Positions 41,555 through 50,398 of a DNA stretch of 57,391 bases are shown here, one piece after another (positions within the stretch are counted from its first letter, which is position 1; every line of letters starts with the position of its first letter). Both the position numbers and the translations under genes were made by a program. The stretch comes from a bacterium (lineage in GTDB: Bacteria > Patescibacteriota > Minisyncoccia > UBA6257 > GWB1-50-10), in contig JAKAHO010000001.1 in assembly GCA_021814835.1 (NCBI GenBank), forward strand, positions 2,225 through 59,615. Direction: 5' to 3'. The notes below the pieces were generated by a model that was given only the letters and a program-made list of their open reading frames with translations, did no database searches and was not told the origin of the DNA.

Positions 41555-42970
41555 ATGGATGTCAGAGTTCGCTTTGCGCCCTCGCCAACAGGTTTTTTGC
41601 ACATCGGCGGGGTCCGTACCGCACTTTTTAACTGGCTTTTTGCCCGACACGAAGGCGGTAAGTTCATACTGAGAATTGAGGATACCGACAAACAGCGTTC
41701 TGAACGCCGTTTTGAGGATGACATATTGAAGAACTTGGAGTGGCTTGGTATTACGTGGGACGAGCCTCCTGCGCGCCAGAGTGAACGCCTCGAAATATAC
41801 GAGAAAAACTTAAAGAACCTTTTGGACAGCCATAAGGCGTATTACTGTTTCTGTACTCCCGAAGAACTTGAAGACGAGTATCAGGCGCAGATGTCGCAGG
41901 GCCTCGTTCCCAAATACAGCGGGAAATGCCGTTCACTTTCGGAAGAGGAGCGCGCAGTAAAACAACTGAAAAATCCCGGCGTCATCCGCTTTAGAATGCG
42001 CGACCACGTCGTGTCGTTCTCCGACATGATTCGCGGCAAGGTGGAGTTCAACACCGCGCTTTTCGGGGACATCATCATCGCAAAGTCATTGCGCGAGCCT
42101 CTCTACAATTTTGCCTCAGTCATCGACGATGCCGATATGAAAATCAGCCATGTCATCCGCGGAGAAGAACATCTCTCCAATACCCCGAAGCAAATAATGC
42201 TTCAGGAAGCGCTTGATTTGCCCACGCCGAAATATGCACACCTTCCGCTCATTTTGGGTGCCGACAAAAAGAAACTTTCAAAGCGTGTGCTCACGAACTC
42301 GCTGAATGATTACCGCGCGCAGGGCTTTTTGCCGAGCGCAATTATCAATTTCCTTATGCTGCTTGGCTGGCATCCTTCTGACGACAAAGAAGTATTCACG
42401 GTGCCGGAGATGATTGCCGCGTTTTCAATCAAACGCGTGCAGAAAGCGGGCGCAATCTACAACCCCGAAAAATTGGACTGGTTTAACGCAATGCATATAA
42501 GGCAATTGAGCGACGTGGAACTTGCACAATATTTGAAACCATTTATCCCCGAGGAGTGGGCGAGCGACAAGAACAGGCTTCTGCGCGCGATTGCAGTCAC
42601 CAAAGAACGGATGAAGAGCCTTACCGATTTTCAAAAAGAAGCTGGCTTTGTGTTCGCGGTAGCGGAATATCCCGCAACGATGCTCGTATGGAAGTCGGCT
42701 ACAGTTCCGCAAACGATAACGCGTCTTGAATATGTGCACGCGCTTCTCACAAAAGACGATGGCGTTGTATTTCCGTCGGAACACACGGCGACCGCGCTTA
42801 TGGAATACGCAAATAAAGAGGGGAGAGGCGATGTCCTCTGGCCGCTCCGCGTTGCGCTCTCGGGGCGCGAGGCGTCGCCCGGCCCCGCTGAACTTCTCCG
42901 TATCTTAGGAAAAGATGAATCGGTCCGTCGCATTGCAGATGCAGTACAAAAACTGAAACACACGCTCTAA
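41555..42970 (+). CDS. gltX: glutamyl-tRNA synthetase
   Basis: RFAPSPTGFLHIGGVRTALFNW (HIGH motif) and KLSKR (KMSKS motif). Confidence 0.9.
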   Translation: MDVRVRFAPSPTGFLHIGGVRTALFNWLFARHEGGKFILRIEDTDKQRSERRFEDDILKNLEWLGITWDEPPARQSERLEIYEKNLKNLLDSHKAYYCFCTPEELEDEYQAQMSQGLVPKYSGKCRSLSEEERAVKQLKNPGVIRFRMRDHVVSFSDMIRGKVEFNTALFGDIIIAKSLREPLYNFASVIDDADMKISHVIRGEEHLSNTPKQIMLQEALDLPTPKYAHLPLILGADKKKLSKRVLTNSLNDYRAQGFLPSAIINFLMLLGWHPSDDKEVFTVPEMIAAFSIKRVQKAGAIYNPEKLDWFNAMHIRQLSDVELAQYLKPFIPEEWASDKNRLLRAIAVTKERMKSLTDFQKEAGFVFAVAEYPATMLVWKSATVPQTITRLEYVHALLTKDDGVVFPSEHTATALMEYANKEGRGDVLWPLRVALSGREASPGPAELLRILGKDESVRRIADAVQKLKHTL

Positions 42971-42976
42971 TCATTT

Positions 42977-44317
42977 ATGCGCACGCACGTAGCACAATTT
43001 GCATTGTGGGTGGTACTTATCGCGCTCCTTGGGGGCACGTTGCGCGCGTACGCGGCGAATGAGTTGCTCGCACAAGCGGTTCAGGGCGCGTCAATCACCG
43101 AACTTCAAAAACACATCGAGGAAAAAAGCGCCGAGCTCCAACAAATTCAGGCGCAGAAAGAGTCGCTCCAAAAAACAATTGAAACAGTCAACAAATCGGG
43201 CGACAGCATCAAAAAAGATATTCAGCTCTACAACACGAACATCAACCAGCTGAATCTTTCCATTAAAGCGAACACGGTAAACATTGAGAAGCTCGGCTAT
43301 GAAATAGATTCGCTAAGTCAGGAAATCGTGAAAATCCGCGACACGGTAACCGCGCAAAAAGCCACTATCAGCCAACTTTTTACCGAGCTTCAACAGCGCG
43401 AAAACGAAACATTATTGGCGCGTCTTTTGCGCAGTGAAACGCTGAGCCAGAGCGTTTCGGAAATACAAAATATCAGCTCGCTCAACTCTTCATTGCTTGA
43501 GAATATCGACAAACTCAAACAACTCGAAGTCGACTACACAAATAAAATCGACGACAACAAAAAGAAAAAGGTGACTAAGGTGGTGCAGACCAACAACCTT
43601 ATGAACCTTCAGCAGATTACGCAGGAACAAAAACTCGAAAAACAAAAACTGCTCGAACAGACAAAAAGCGTTGAGCAGTATTATCAGCAACAGCTCGAAG
43701 AACTGAATAAAAAACAGGGCGAGATTGATTCCGTCATCGAAGAAATTGAACAAAAAATGCGCGCGTCATTCGATCCGACATTATTGCCGCTGAAACGCCC
43801 CGGCGTACTCGGCTTTCCCGTAGACGACGTGTATCTCACGCAGTGTTATGGCCGTACGCCGTTTGCGGTGAAGACATATAGAACAAAAACGCATAACGGC
43901 ATGGACTTCGGCGGTCCAATCGGCACGCCGCTGCTCGCAGCCGACGACGGAAAAGTTATTAAAGTAGGCAACAACGACCGCGGCACATCGCGCTGGAACC
44001 GTTATCAATACGGAAAATATGTGCTCATTCAGTATGGCGATAATCTTTCGACACTCTACGGCCATCTCTCAAAATATAACGTGAAAGAAGGGGATACTGT
44101 CGCGCGCGGCGACGTCGTGGGCTATATGGGCAACACGGGCTACTCGTTCGGCACGCACGTGCATATGACTGTCTTCTGGGCGCCGAGCGTTCAGTTCAAG
44201 GCGGTGCCTCCGGCGGCGGGCGTAGTACCCGTCGGCGTGACGATTAACCCGTTGGATTATCTTCCGAGTATTTTTGGAATGCCCCGCGCGGGAGATTCGG
44301 GTTGCCCAAGATCATAA
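42977..44317 (+). CDS. M23-family metallopeptidase with N-terminal coiled coil (EnvC-like)
   Basis: Signal peptide, about 250 aa of coiled coil, HNGMDFGGPIGTPL..GNTGYSFGTHVHMTV. Confidence 0.85.
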   Translation: MRTHVAQFALWVVLIALLGGTLRAYAANELLAQAVQGASITELQKHIEEKSAELQQIQAQKESLQKTIETVNKSGDSIKKDIQLYNTNINQLNLSIKANTVNIEKLGYEIDSLSQEIVKIRDTVTAQKATISQLFTELQQRENETLLARLLRSETLSQSVSEIQNISSLNSSLLENIDKLKQLEVDYTNKIDDNKKKKVTKVVQTNNLMNLQQITQEQKLEKQKLLEQTKSVEQYYQQQLEELNKKQGEIDSVIEEIEQKMRASFDPTLLPLKRPGVLGFPVDDVYLTQCYGRTPFAVKTYRTKTHNGMDFGGPIGTPLLAADDGKVIKVGNNDRGTSRWNRYQYGKYVLIQYGDNLSTLYGHLSKYNVKEGDTVARGDVVGYMGNTGYSFGTHVHMTVFWAPSVQFKAVPPAAGVVPVGVTINPLDYLPSIFGMPRAGDSGCPRS

Positions 44318-44333
44318 GTAGTATAATAAACAG

Positions 44334-44765
44334 ATGAAACGCTCTGTAACACGCCAATCGGCATATGTACTGGCGGGTTTTATTGCAATTATAGCCCTTT
44401 CAGGCGTGGTATCGGCCCAAGACACATCTGCGCCTCAAAACACCCAAGGAACGCAGAATTTAGCGATTCCGGGGCCACTTATGGACGCTTGGAACTATGC
44501 AATAGACCTCGGAAATCAGCTTATAACCAAACTCCCGAAATACTCGCTCATTAACGAAAAAAACGCCAGTGAAACCATCCAGCAAGGAGTTAAATCGTTC
44601 AATTACAACTCGTTAAACGACTTATTTAGCGGAATGGCGACATGGTTCAACAACAACGTAAATCTCGCGAATATGCCGGGATTCATAAATGATGCGGCGG
44701 CAGTTTTGCGCCAGCTCGTAGAAATGGTAGCGCAGGCAATAAAGATGGTAGTGGGGTATCTATAA
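44334..44765 (+). CDS. hypothetical secreted protein
   Basis: Signal peptide ..ALSGVVSAQ. No recognisable domain. Confidence 0.5.
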   Translation: MKRSVTRQSAYVLAGFIAIIALSGVVSAQDTSAPQNTQGTQNLAIPGPLMDAWNYAIDLGNQLITKLPKYSLINEKNASETIQQGVKSFNYNSLNDLFSGMATWFNNNVNLANMPGFINDAAAVLRQLVEMVAQAIKMVVGYL

Positions 44766-44867
44766 ATAGTTAAGACGCTCACAAAATATTTCCGTGAACA
44801 CGTAAGCGCGTGCGCAGTAAGAGCCGTTTTGCGATGAAGGCTCGGTTACGTCGCAACAACGGCGATG

Positions 44868-44918
44868 ATCTTTTACGACATGACTGGGGCCAAAAGACAT
44901 AGTCATGTCGTAAAAGAT
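44868..44918. repeat. perfect 18-bp inverted repeat with 15-nt loop
   Basis: ATCTTTTACGACATGACT-ggggccaaaagacat-AGTCATGTCGTAAAAGAT. No T-run on either side. Confidence 0.9.
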
Positions 44919-45074
44919 ATATTGTGCGACAGATGCAAATCTAGCATTATCCTTGTTTTCACACTTCCCCCGTCCATATTCGGAGGTATTTTTTTAAACT
45001 CCCTTATTCCCCGCATCACTCCTATTTTCATTCTTATAAATATTTATATTTCCGATACAAGTGTATTTTTTCTC

Positions 45075-45131
45075 CATTTGAAAATTGAAAATTTGTCATT
45101 GGAAATTCAAAAACGCCTAAAGGCGTTTTTG
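45075..45131 (+). repeat. CATTTGAAAATTGAAAATTTGTCATT motif followed by a terminator-like hairpin
   Basis: The motif recurs at 5760-5784 (plus strand) and 5705-5723 (inverted). The hairpin is CAAAAACGCC/GGCGTTTTTG at 45108-45131. Confidence 0.7.
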
Positions 45132-45260
45132 AATATAACCCTCCCCTCCCGACCCCTCTCCGAGGTACCTTCGCACGACAATTTGGACGCCTTAATGTCA
45201 ACCTGCCGTAGAGGTCGACTAACTGGTATCATAAACAGGAATTCTACTAATTATTTTTTT

Positions 45261-46028
45261 ATGAACGAGTTTAAATCTGTCGACGAGTTTAAGGCGGGGT
45301 GCGGATACGACATAGACGGCGCGTGGTACCCGCGCGTCACGCGCATTTTGGAAATTAAATCGAAGCCCGCCCTCTACCGTTTCTACGGAAAGATGTCGAG
45401 CTTTGCTGAGGGTGAACGGATAAAACAGCAGTCGGCCACCGAGGGCACAATGGTGCACGAGGCAGTTGAGAATATTTTTTTGAACCGCGACGAGCCCGTT
45501 CCCCCGACGATAGAAGCATCCATCGCGGCATTCAAAAATTTTATTAAGGAAAATAAAATTCATGTGGACGCCGAGTACGTTGAGAAGCGTCTCGCAAGCC
45601 ACGAGCACCGCTATGCGGGCACTATCGACGCGATTGCGTTAATCGGCGGAAAGCTGGGCATCCTCGATATCAAAACTTCGCAGGAAATTTACCGCGATTA
45701 TAACCTCCAGACCGCCGCCTACCTTTATGCAATGAAGCCCGTAGTAAAGAACCTCGAGACACGCTGGATACTCCGCATCGACCAGAGCCAATCCTGCCTT
45801 TTTTGCGGCGCAAAGATGCGCAGTAAGGGCGGTAAACGCCAGTTAAAAACGCAGTGGAATGACCCCATGCAACGTTCGTGCCAGCACGAATGGGGCGCAA
45901 TGCAGGGACACATCGAACTAAAAGAATTCCCCCACTGGGAGAATGATTTCGAAGCATTTTTGGGAGCAAAAAAACTCTGGGAATGGGAAAATGCGGACTG
46001 GTTGACCCGCGTCGGATATCTGAAATAG
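45261..46028 (+). CDS. PD-(D/E)XK nuclease, Cas4/RecB-like, with Cys cluster
   Basis: GTIDAI..(x11)..LDIKT forms the D..(D/E)xK motif. QEIYRDYNLQTAAY gives a QxxxY motif. One N-terminal Cys plus C-terminal CLFC..C. Start trimmed to ATG 45261; the upstream 396 nt of the track ORF contains terminator hairpins. Confidence 0.6.
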   Translation: MNEFKSVDEFKAGCGYDIDGAWYPRVTRILEIKSKPALYRFYGKMSSFAEGERIKQQSATEGTMVHEAVENIFLNRDEPVPPTIEASIAAFKNFIKENKIHVDAEYVEKRLASHEHRYAGTIDAIALIGGKLGILDIKTSQEIYRDYNLQTAAYLYAMKPVVKNLETRWILRIDQSQSCLFCGAKMRSKGGKRQLKTQWNDPMQRSCQHEWGAMQGHIELKEFPHWENDFEAFLGAKKLWEWENADWLTRVGYLK

Positions 46029-46087
46029 CAATCGGTATTTTCCCCGCATAATGCGTAATAATTTCTGCATTTTACGGTCTGAATATA

Positions 46088-46096
46088 TGGTATAAT
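46088..46096 (+). promoter_or_regulatory. extended -10 promoter TGgTATAAT for the pilus operon
   Basis: Lies about 58 nt upstream of pilB ATG 46155. Confidence 0.55.
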
Positions 46097-46154
46097 ACAT
46101 ATACACAGACGCCGAAATTGCGGAGCGGAAGCGCGTGGAACGCAGCATCGATTT

Positions 46155-47399
46155 ATGCCCCTAAAAGAAGAAAAAACAAAGATAGACGAGCTTCTCAAGA
46201 AAGGCCCCGGCCTTTCGATTATTGATCTTATCGACCTGCTTATTAAGTTCGCCTACGATAGCCGCGCGTCGGATATTCATATCGACCCCGAAGACAAAGA
46301 CCTTCGTGTCCGCCTCCGCATCGACGGCATTTTAAACGAATCATTTATATTCCCGAAAGAAATTCAGTCTGAGGTTACCACGCGCATCAAAGTGCTCTCC
46401 GGTCTCCGCACCGACGAACACCAAGCGGCGCAAGACGGCCGTTTCAGGGTGCAAATGAAGGGTGAGGGCCCCGTGGACCTCCGCGTATCTATCGCACCCA
46501 CGTATTACGGAGAAAATTGCGTAATGCGCCTCCTCGTGGAAAAAGCTGAAAAGTTTACGCTCGGCACGCTCGGCTTCAACGAAGTCGACCGCAAAAAAAT
46601 TGAACACGCGATTACAAAACCGTACGGCATGATTTTGGTCACCGGCCCCACGGGTTCCGGTAAAACAACCACGCTCTATACGGTATTGAAAACGCTCAAC
46701 ACAAAAGAAGTGTCTATTATTACGATCGAAGACCCTATTGAGTACGCCATTGAGGGCATCGACCAGATTCAGGCAAACCCGCGCACAGGACTCACCTTTG
46801 CGTCAGGATTGCGCTCTATTTTGAGGCAAGACCCGAATATCATCATGGTGGGTGAAATCCGCGATGAGGAAACCGCGGGCATCGCGGTAAATGCCGCACT
46901 TACGGGCCACCTTCTCCTCTCGACGCTCCACACAAACGACGCGGCGACTTCTCTCCCCCGCCTTCTTGATATGAAAATCGAACCGTTTCTTATCGCCTCA
47001 ACGGTGAACGTCGTTGTAGGTCAGCGTCTCGTCCGAAGAATTTGTCAGGATTGCAAAACAAAGAAGACGCTCTCCGCCCCCGAACTGCAAAGCCTAAAAG
47101 AAGTGATTGTGCAGCAGGGCCTCGATAAATACAAAGATATTTCAAAATCAACGCCGTTCTATTACGGCAAGGGCTGCGATGTCTGCAACGGTTCGGGCTA
47201 CTACGGCCGTATCGGTATTCACGAAGTGCTGGACGTCGACGATGACATCCGCAAAGCGCTCGTGAGAAAAGCGGACGCCTCAGAAATCAAAAAAATTGCG
47301 CTCAGCAAAGGCATGACAACGATGATTGAGGACGGATTCGGAAAAGCGCTTGAGGGCGTAACGACGATTGAAGAAGTCCTGAGAGTCATTCACGAATAA
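46155..47399 (+). CDS. pilB: type IV pilus assembly ATPase PilB/GspE, short form
   Basis: Walker A GPTGSGKTTTLY, Asp box, Walker B, His box, and a C-terminal tetra-Cys module CQDC..CDVC. Confidence 0.9.
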   Translation: MPLKEEKTKIDELLKKGPGLSIIDLIDLLIKFAYDSRASDIHIDPEDKDLRVRLRIDGILNESFIFPKEIQSEVTTRIKVLSGLRTDEHQAAQDGRFRVQMKGEGPVDLRVSIAPTYYGENCVMRLLVEKAEKFTLGTLGFNEVDRKKIEHAITKPYGMILVTGPTGSGKTTTLYTVLKTLNTKEVSIITIEDPIEYAIEGIDQIQANPRTGLTFASGLRSILRQDPNIIMVGEIRDEETAGIAVNAALTGHLLLSTLHTNDAATSLPRLLDMKIEPFLIASTVNVVVGQRLVRRICQDCKTKKTLSAPELQSLKEVIVQQGLDKYKDISKSTPFYYGKGCDVCNGSGYYGRIGIHEVLDVDDDIRKALVRKADASEIKKIALSKGMTTMIEDGFGKALEGVTTIEEVLRVIHE

Positions 47400-47407
47400 C
47401 CTACCCG

Positions 47408-47510
47408 ATGAATCCCGTTAGAGTTTTTATAAGCACGACATATTAACAACTAAAAAAAGAAAAAAGTGATAATTAAAAAAATAATAATTGTAAAACTCTA
47501 ACGGGATGAA
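47408..47510 (+). mobile_element. start-codon-docked hairpin element E5 (103 bp)
   Basis: ATGA-ATCCCGTTAGAGTTTT ... AAAACTCTAACGGGAT-GAA, a 16-bp perfect stem. The right-hand ATG (47506) is the pilC start codon. Confidence 0.8.
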
Positions 47511-48564
47511 CAAGCTCTTTCTCAACATTTCAACGCAGGAACAGATAATTTTCTCCAAACATCTCGCGATGATGATAAAGGCAGGAATGTCTATTTTGGA
47601 CAGCCTGAAAATGTTGAAAAAGCAGGCGCGCTCGCGCTCGATGGTAAAAATTCTCGATTCTCTGATGACGGAGGTATCAAACGGCCAGTTCCTTTCGGCG
47701 GCGCTTGAAAAGTTCCGTAATATATTCGGCGACTTCGCCATCAACATCATCCGCGTCGGCGAGAACAGCGGCGTGCTATACGAAAACCTGAACTATCTTG
47801 CACTTGAACTGAACAAGAGCCTCGAGCTCCGCAAAAAAATAGTCGGCGCGCTTATCTACCCCGTAATCATTGTGCTCGTCACCTTCAGTATCGCGGGCGT
47901 ACTCACCATTTATATTTTTCCCAAAATAACGCCCGTGTTCAAAAGCTTGAACATTCCCCTGCCGATGACGACGCAAATTCTTATGGGCGTCAGTGATTTT
48001 ATGGCGGTGAACGGCGTATATCTCTTTGACGGCCTCGTAGTGTTTATTATCGCCTTCTGGCTTCTCCTTAAAGTGAAATCGGTACGCTATGTGTGGGACA
48101 AAAGTCTTTTCTACGTTCCCATTTTGGGAACGATGGTAGTGAACTACAACGTTTCAAATTTTTGCAGAACATTCGGCTTACTGTTGAAGAGCGACATCAA
48201 AGTCGTCGAAGCAATCTCTATTACCGCAGACACGACCGCAAACCTTGTCTATAAAAAAGAACTGAAAGAGATCGCGGTCGCGATTACGAAAGGCGAGGAA
48301 ATTTCTGTGCACCTTGAACGGCGTTCCCGCATCTTTCCGGGTATGGTGTCGCAGATGGTCGCAGTCGGAGAAAATACAGGCAACCTCAGCGAAAACCTTG
48401 TCTACCTTTCCGAATTTTACGAAAAAGAAGTTGATGACGCAGCAAAGAACCTTTCCACTATTCTCGAGCCCGTCCTTATGGTCTTTATGGGTATCGTCGT
48501 CGGATTTATTGCCATCTCCGTCGTTACCCCGATATATCAAGTCTCACAGGGGCTGAACCGGTAA
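47506..48564 (+). CDS. pilC: type IV pilus platform protein PilC/GspF
   Basis: Two T2SSF-type repeats and 3 TM helices. Follows pilB. Confidence 0.9.
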   Translation: MNKLFLNISTQEQIIFSKHLAMMIKAGMSILDSLKMLKKQARSRSMVKILDSLMTEVSNGQFLSAALEKFRNIFGDFAINIIRVGENSGVLYENLNYLALELNKSLELRKKIVGALIYPVIIVLVTFSIAGVLTIYIFPKITPVFKSLNIPLPMTTQILMGVSDFMAVNGVYLFDGLVVFIIAFWLLLKVKSVRYVWDKSLFYVPILGTMVVNYNVSNFCRTFGLLLKSDIKVVEAISITADTTANLVYKKELKEIAVAITKGEEISVHLERRSRIFPGMVSQMVAVGENTGNLSENLVYLSEFYEKEVDDAAKNLSTILEPVLMVFMGIVVGFIAISVVTPIYQVSQGLNR

Positions 48565-48592
48565 ATTGTACACGCAGCGCGCCTTACCACAC

Positions 48593-50398
48593 ATGACGAC
48601 CACGCCATCACAGAGGTCCGCTTCTCACCCGCACGCGTCCGAAAGCGGATTCACGCTTATCGAGATAATGGTGGGCATCGCGCTTTTTTCAATTGTGAGT
48701 CTGGGCATCTACGGCGTGTACGCGAACATATTAAACTCAATCGTAAAAAATCAGTGGCGGACCATCGCCGTTTCCGCATTGCAGAACGAACTTGAGACCA
48801 TCCGCGGAATGAAGTTTGAAGATGTGGGAACAATCGGCGGGTACCCCGCAGGAAAAATTCCCGCGACGAGCACCGTCTTTCAGGCGGGAATCCCCTTTCT
48901 GCTTTCGGTTACCGTGCGTTCAGTTGATGACCCGTTTGACGGCTACGCGACGAGTACGCCTCCCGACACAAGCCCCGCAGATTATAAAATTGTCGAACTC
49001 ACCGCCACGTGCCGCATTGATATCTGTTTCAATTTCAATCCGACAACGGTCACCACAACGGTTGCCCCGAACACCGGCCTCGAAACCGCGAGCAACAACG
49101 GCTCAATTTTCATAAATACCTTTGACGCATACGGACAACCCGTAGCGAATGCGAATGTCACCGTTACGAATAATACGGTCACGCCCCATATTCTCGTAAA
49201 CGACACCACAAATAATAGCGGTTTCTTGGCGCTCCTCGATTTTCCGACAAGCACAATGAGCTACAACATTAAAGTAAGCAAAACGGGATATTCTTCCGAC
49301 CAAACCTATCCATTAGGGGGTGTAGCAAACCCAAATCCGCTGAAAACCGACGCGACGGTTGCGAAACAGCAAATCACCTCGGTAAGCTTCGCGATCGATA
49401 AAACGAGCACTGCGAACATAAAAACGCGCAATCGCACGTGCGGCGCGGTCGCAAACAGTACCTACTCGGTGAGCGGCTCAAAGCTTATCGGGACGAGTCC
49501 TGATGTGCTGAAGTACTCAGGAAGTGGAACGACTGATGGCGCAGGCAATGCAACGCTCAGCAATCTCGAATGGGACATTTATTCATTTCTGAATACGAAT
49601 GTCGGATATGACCTTACGGGCAGCATTCCCCTGCTTCCGGTAAACATTGCGCCCGCAACTTCGACAGATGTGAGTATGATACTTCAGCCAAAAAGCCCCT
49701 CATCGCTCCTCGTAACGTTGCGCGATGAAAACAGTCAGCCCCTTTTCGGCGCTGCAGTGACCCTCACCAAAGGAACATTCACAAAAACGCTCTACACGGG
49801 AATAGATACGTTTACCCGCACAGACTGGACGAGCAGCGGCTATTCTTCGCAAAGCGGAAATATTGATACCACATCGATTCCGGGGGCCTTAACGCTGGCA
49901 AAAACGGCAGGCGCGTACCCGACCTCAAGCGAGTGGCTCATTTCGGACACGTATGACATCGGCGGAACTGGCTCGCAATTCTTTGAATTTTTCTGGACAT
50001 CAGTTGTTCCTCCCCAAACTGGTGCAAACAGCCTTCAATTCCAGATTGCGACAAACAGCGATAACGCAACATGGAACTTCACGGGACCCGATAGAACGCC
50101 CGCAAGTTATTACACAAACTCAGGCGACCTCATTAACACGGGAAGCAACGGCGACCGCTACGTGCGCTATAAGGTGTATATGCAGACAGCCGACACAAAC
50201 TATACCCCCGAACTTCGTGACATTTCGTTTAACCATTCCTCCGACTGCATTCCACGAGGTCAGGCATTTTTTAACGGGCTCTCGACGGGAATCTACTCAA
50301 TTGCCATTCAGAAAACGGGATACGTGACCGCAACGAGTTCGAACGTCGCCGTCTCAAGCGACTGGCAGGAATACGCCGTCCAAATGGCACGACCATAA
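48593..50398 (+). CDS. large pseudopilin (prepilin-type N-terminal methylation motif, about 600 aa)
   Basis: SGFTLIEIMVGIALFSIVSLGIYGVY, followed by a long Thr/Asn-rich beta-rich domain. The ATG 48593 start is preferred over TTG 48566. Confidence 0.75.
   Translation: MTTTPSQRSASHPHASESGFTLIEIMVGIALFSIVSLGIYGVYANILNSIVKNQWRTIAVSALQNELETIRGMKFEDVGTIGGYPAGKIPATSTVFQAGIPFLLSVTVRSVDDPFDGYATSTPPDTSPADYKIVELTATCRIDICFNFNPTTVTTTVAPNTGLETASNNGSIFINTFDAYGQPVANANVTVTNNTVTPHILVNDTTNNSGFLALLDFPTSTMSYNIKVSKTGYSSDQTYPLGGVANPNPLKTDATVAKQQITSVSFAIDKTSTANIKTRNRTCGAVANSTYSVSGSKLIGTSPDVLKYSGSGTTDGAGNATLSNLEWDIYSFLNTNVGYDLTGSIPLLPVNIAPATSTDVSMILQPKSPSSLLVTLRDENSQPLFGAAVTLTKGTFTKTLYTGIDTFTRTDWTSSGYSSQSGNIDTTSIPGALTLAKTAGAYPTSSEWLISDTYDIGGTGSQFFEFFWTSVVPPQTGANSLQFQIATNSDNATWNFTGPDRTPASYYTNSGDLINTGSNGDRYVRYKVYMQTADTNYTPELRDISFNHSSDCIPRGQAFFNGLSTGIYSIAIQKTGYVTATSSNVAVSSDWQEYAVQMARP

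Noticed and set aside
44865-45260. A 132-codon N-terminal extension of the nuclease ORF (track ORF 44865..46028).
   Set aside because: The extension runs through a perfect 18-bp palindrome, a hairpin with T-run terminator and low-complexity tracts. The homologous PD-(D/E)XK region starts after ATG 45261, which has its own TGgTATCAT box at 45224-45232.
32445-47510. Could the recurring CCCGTTAGAG / CTCTAACGGG units be a CRISPR array or simple rho-independent terminators?
   Set aside because: They are not a CRISPR array. The units occur as inverted pairs rather than direct repeats, they are separated by whole genes, their interiors are AT-rich and related to each other, and no cas genes are present.

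They are not terminators either. The loops are 65-145 nt and no U-tract follows the right arm; it runs straight into ATGAA.
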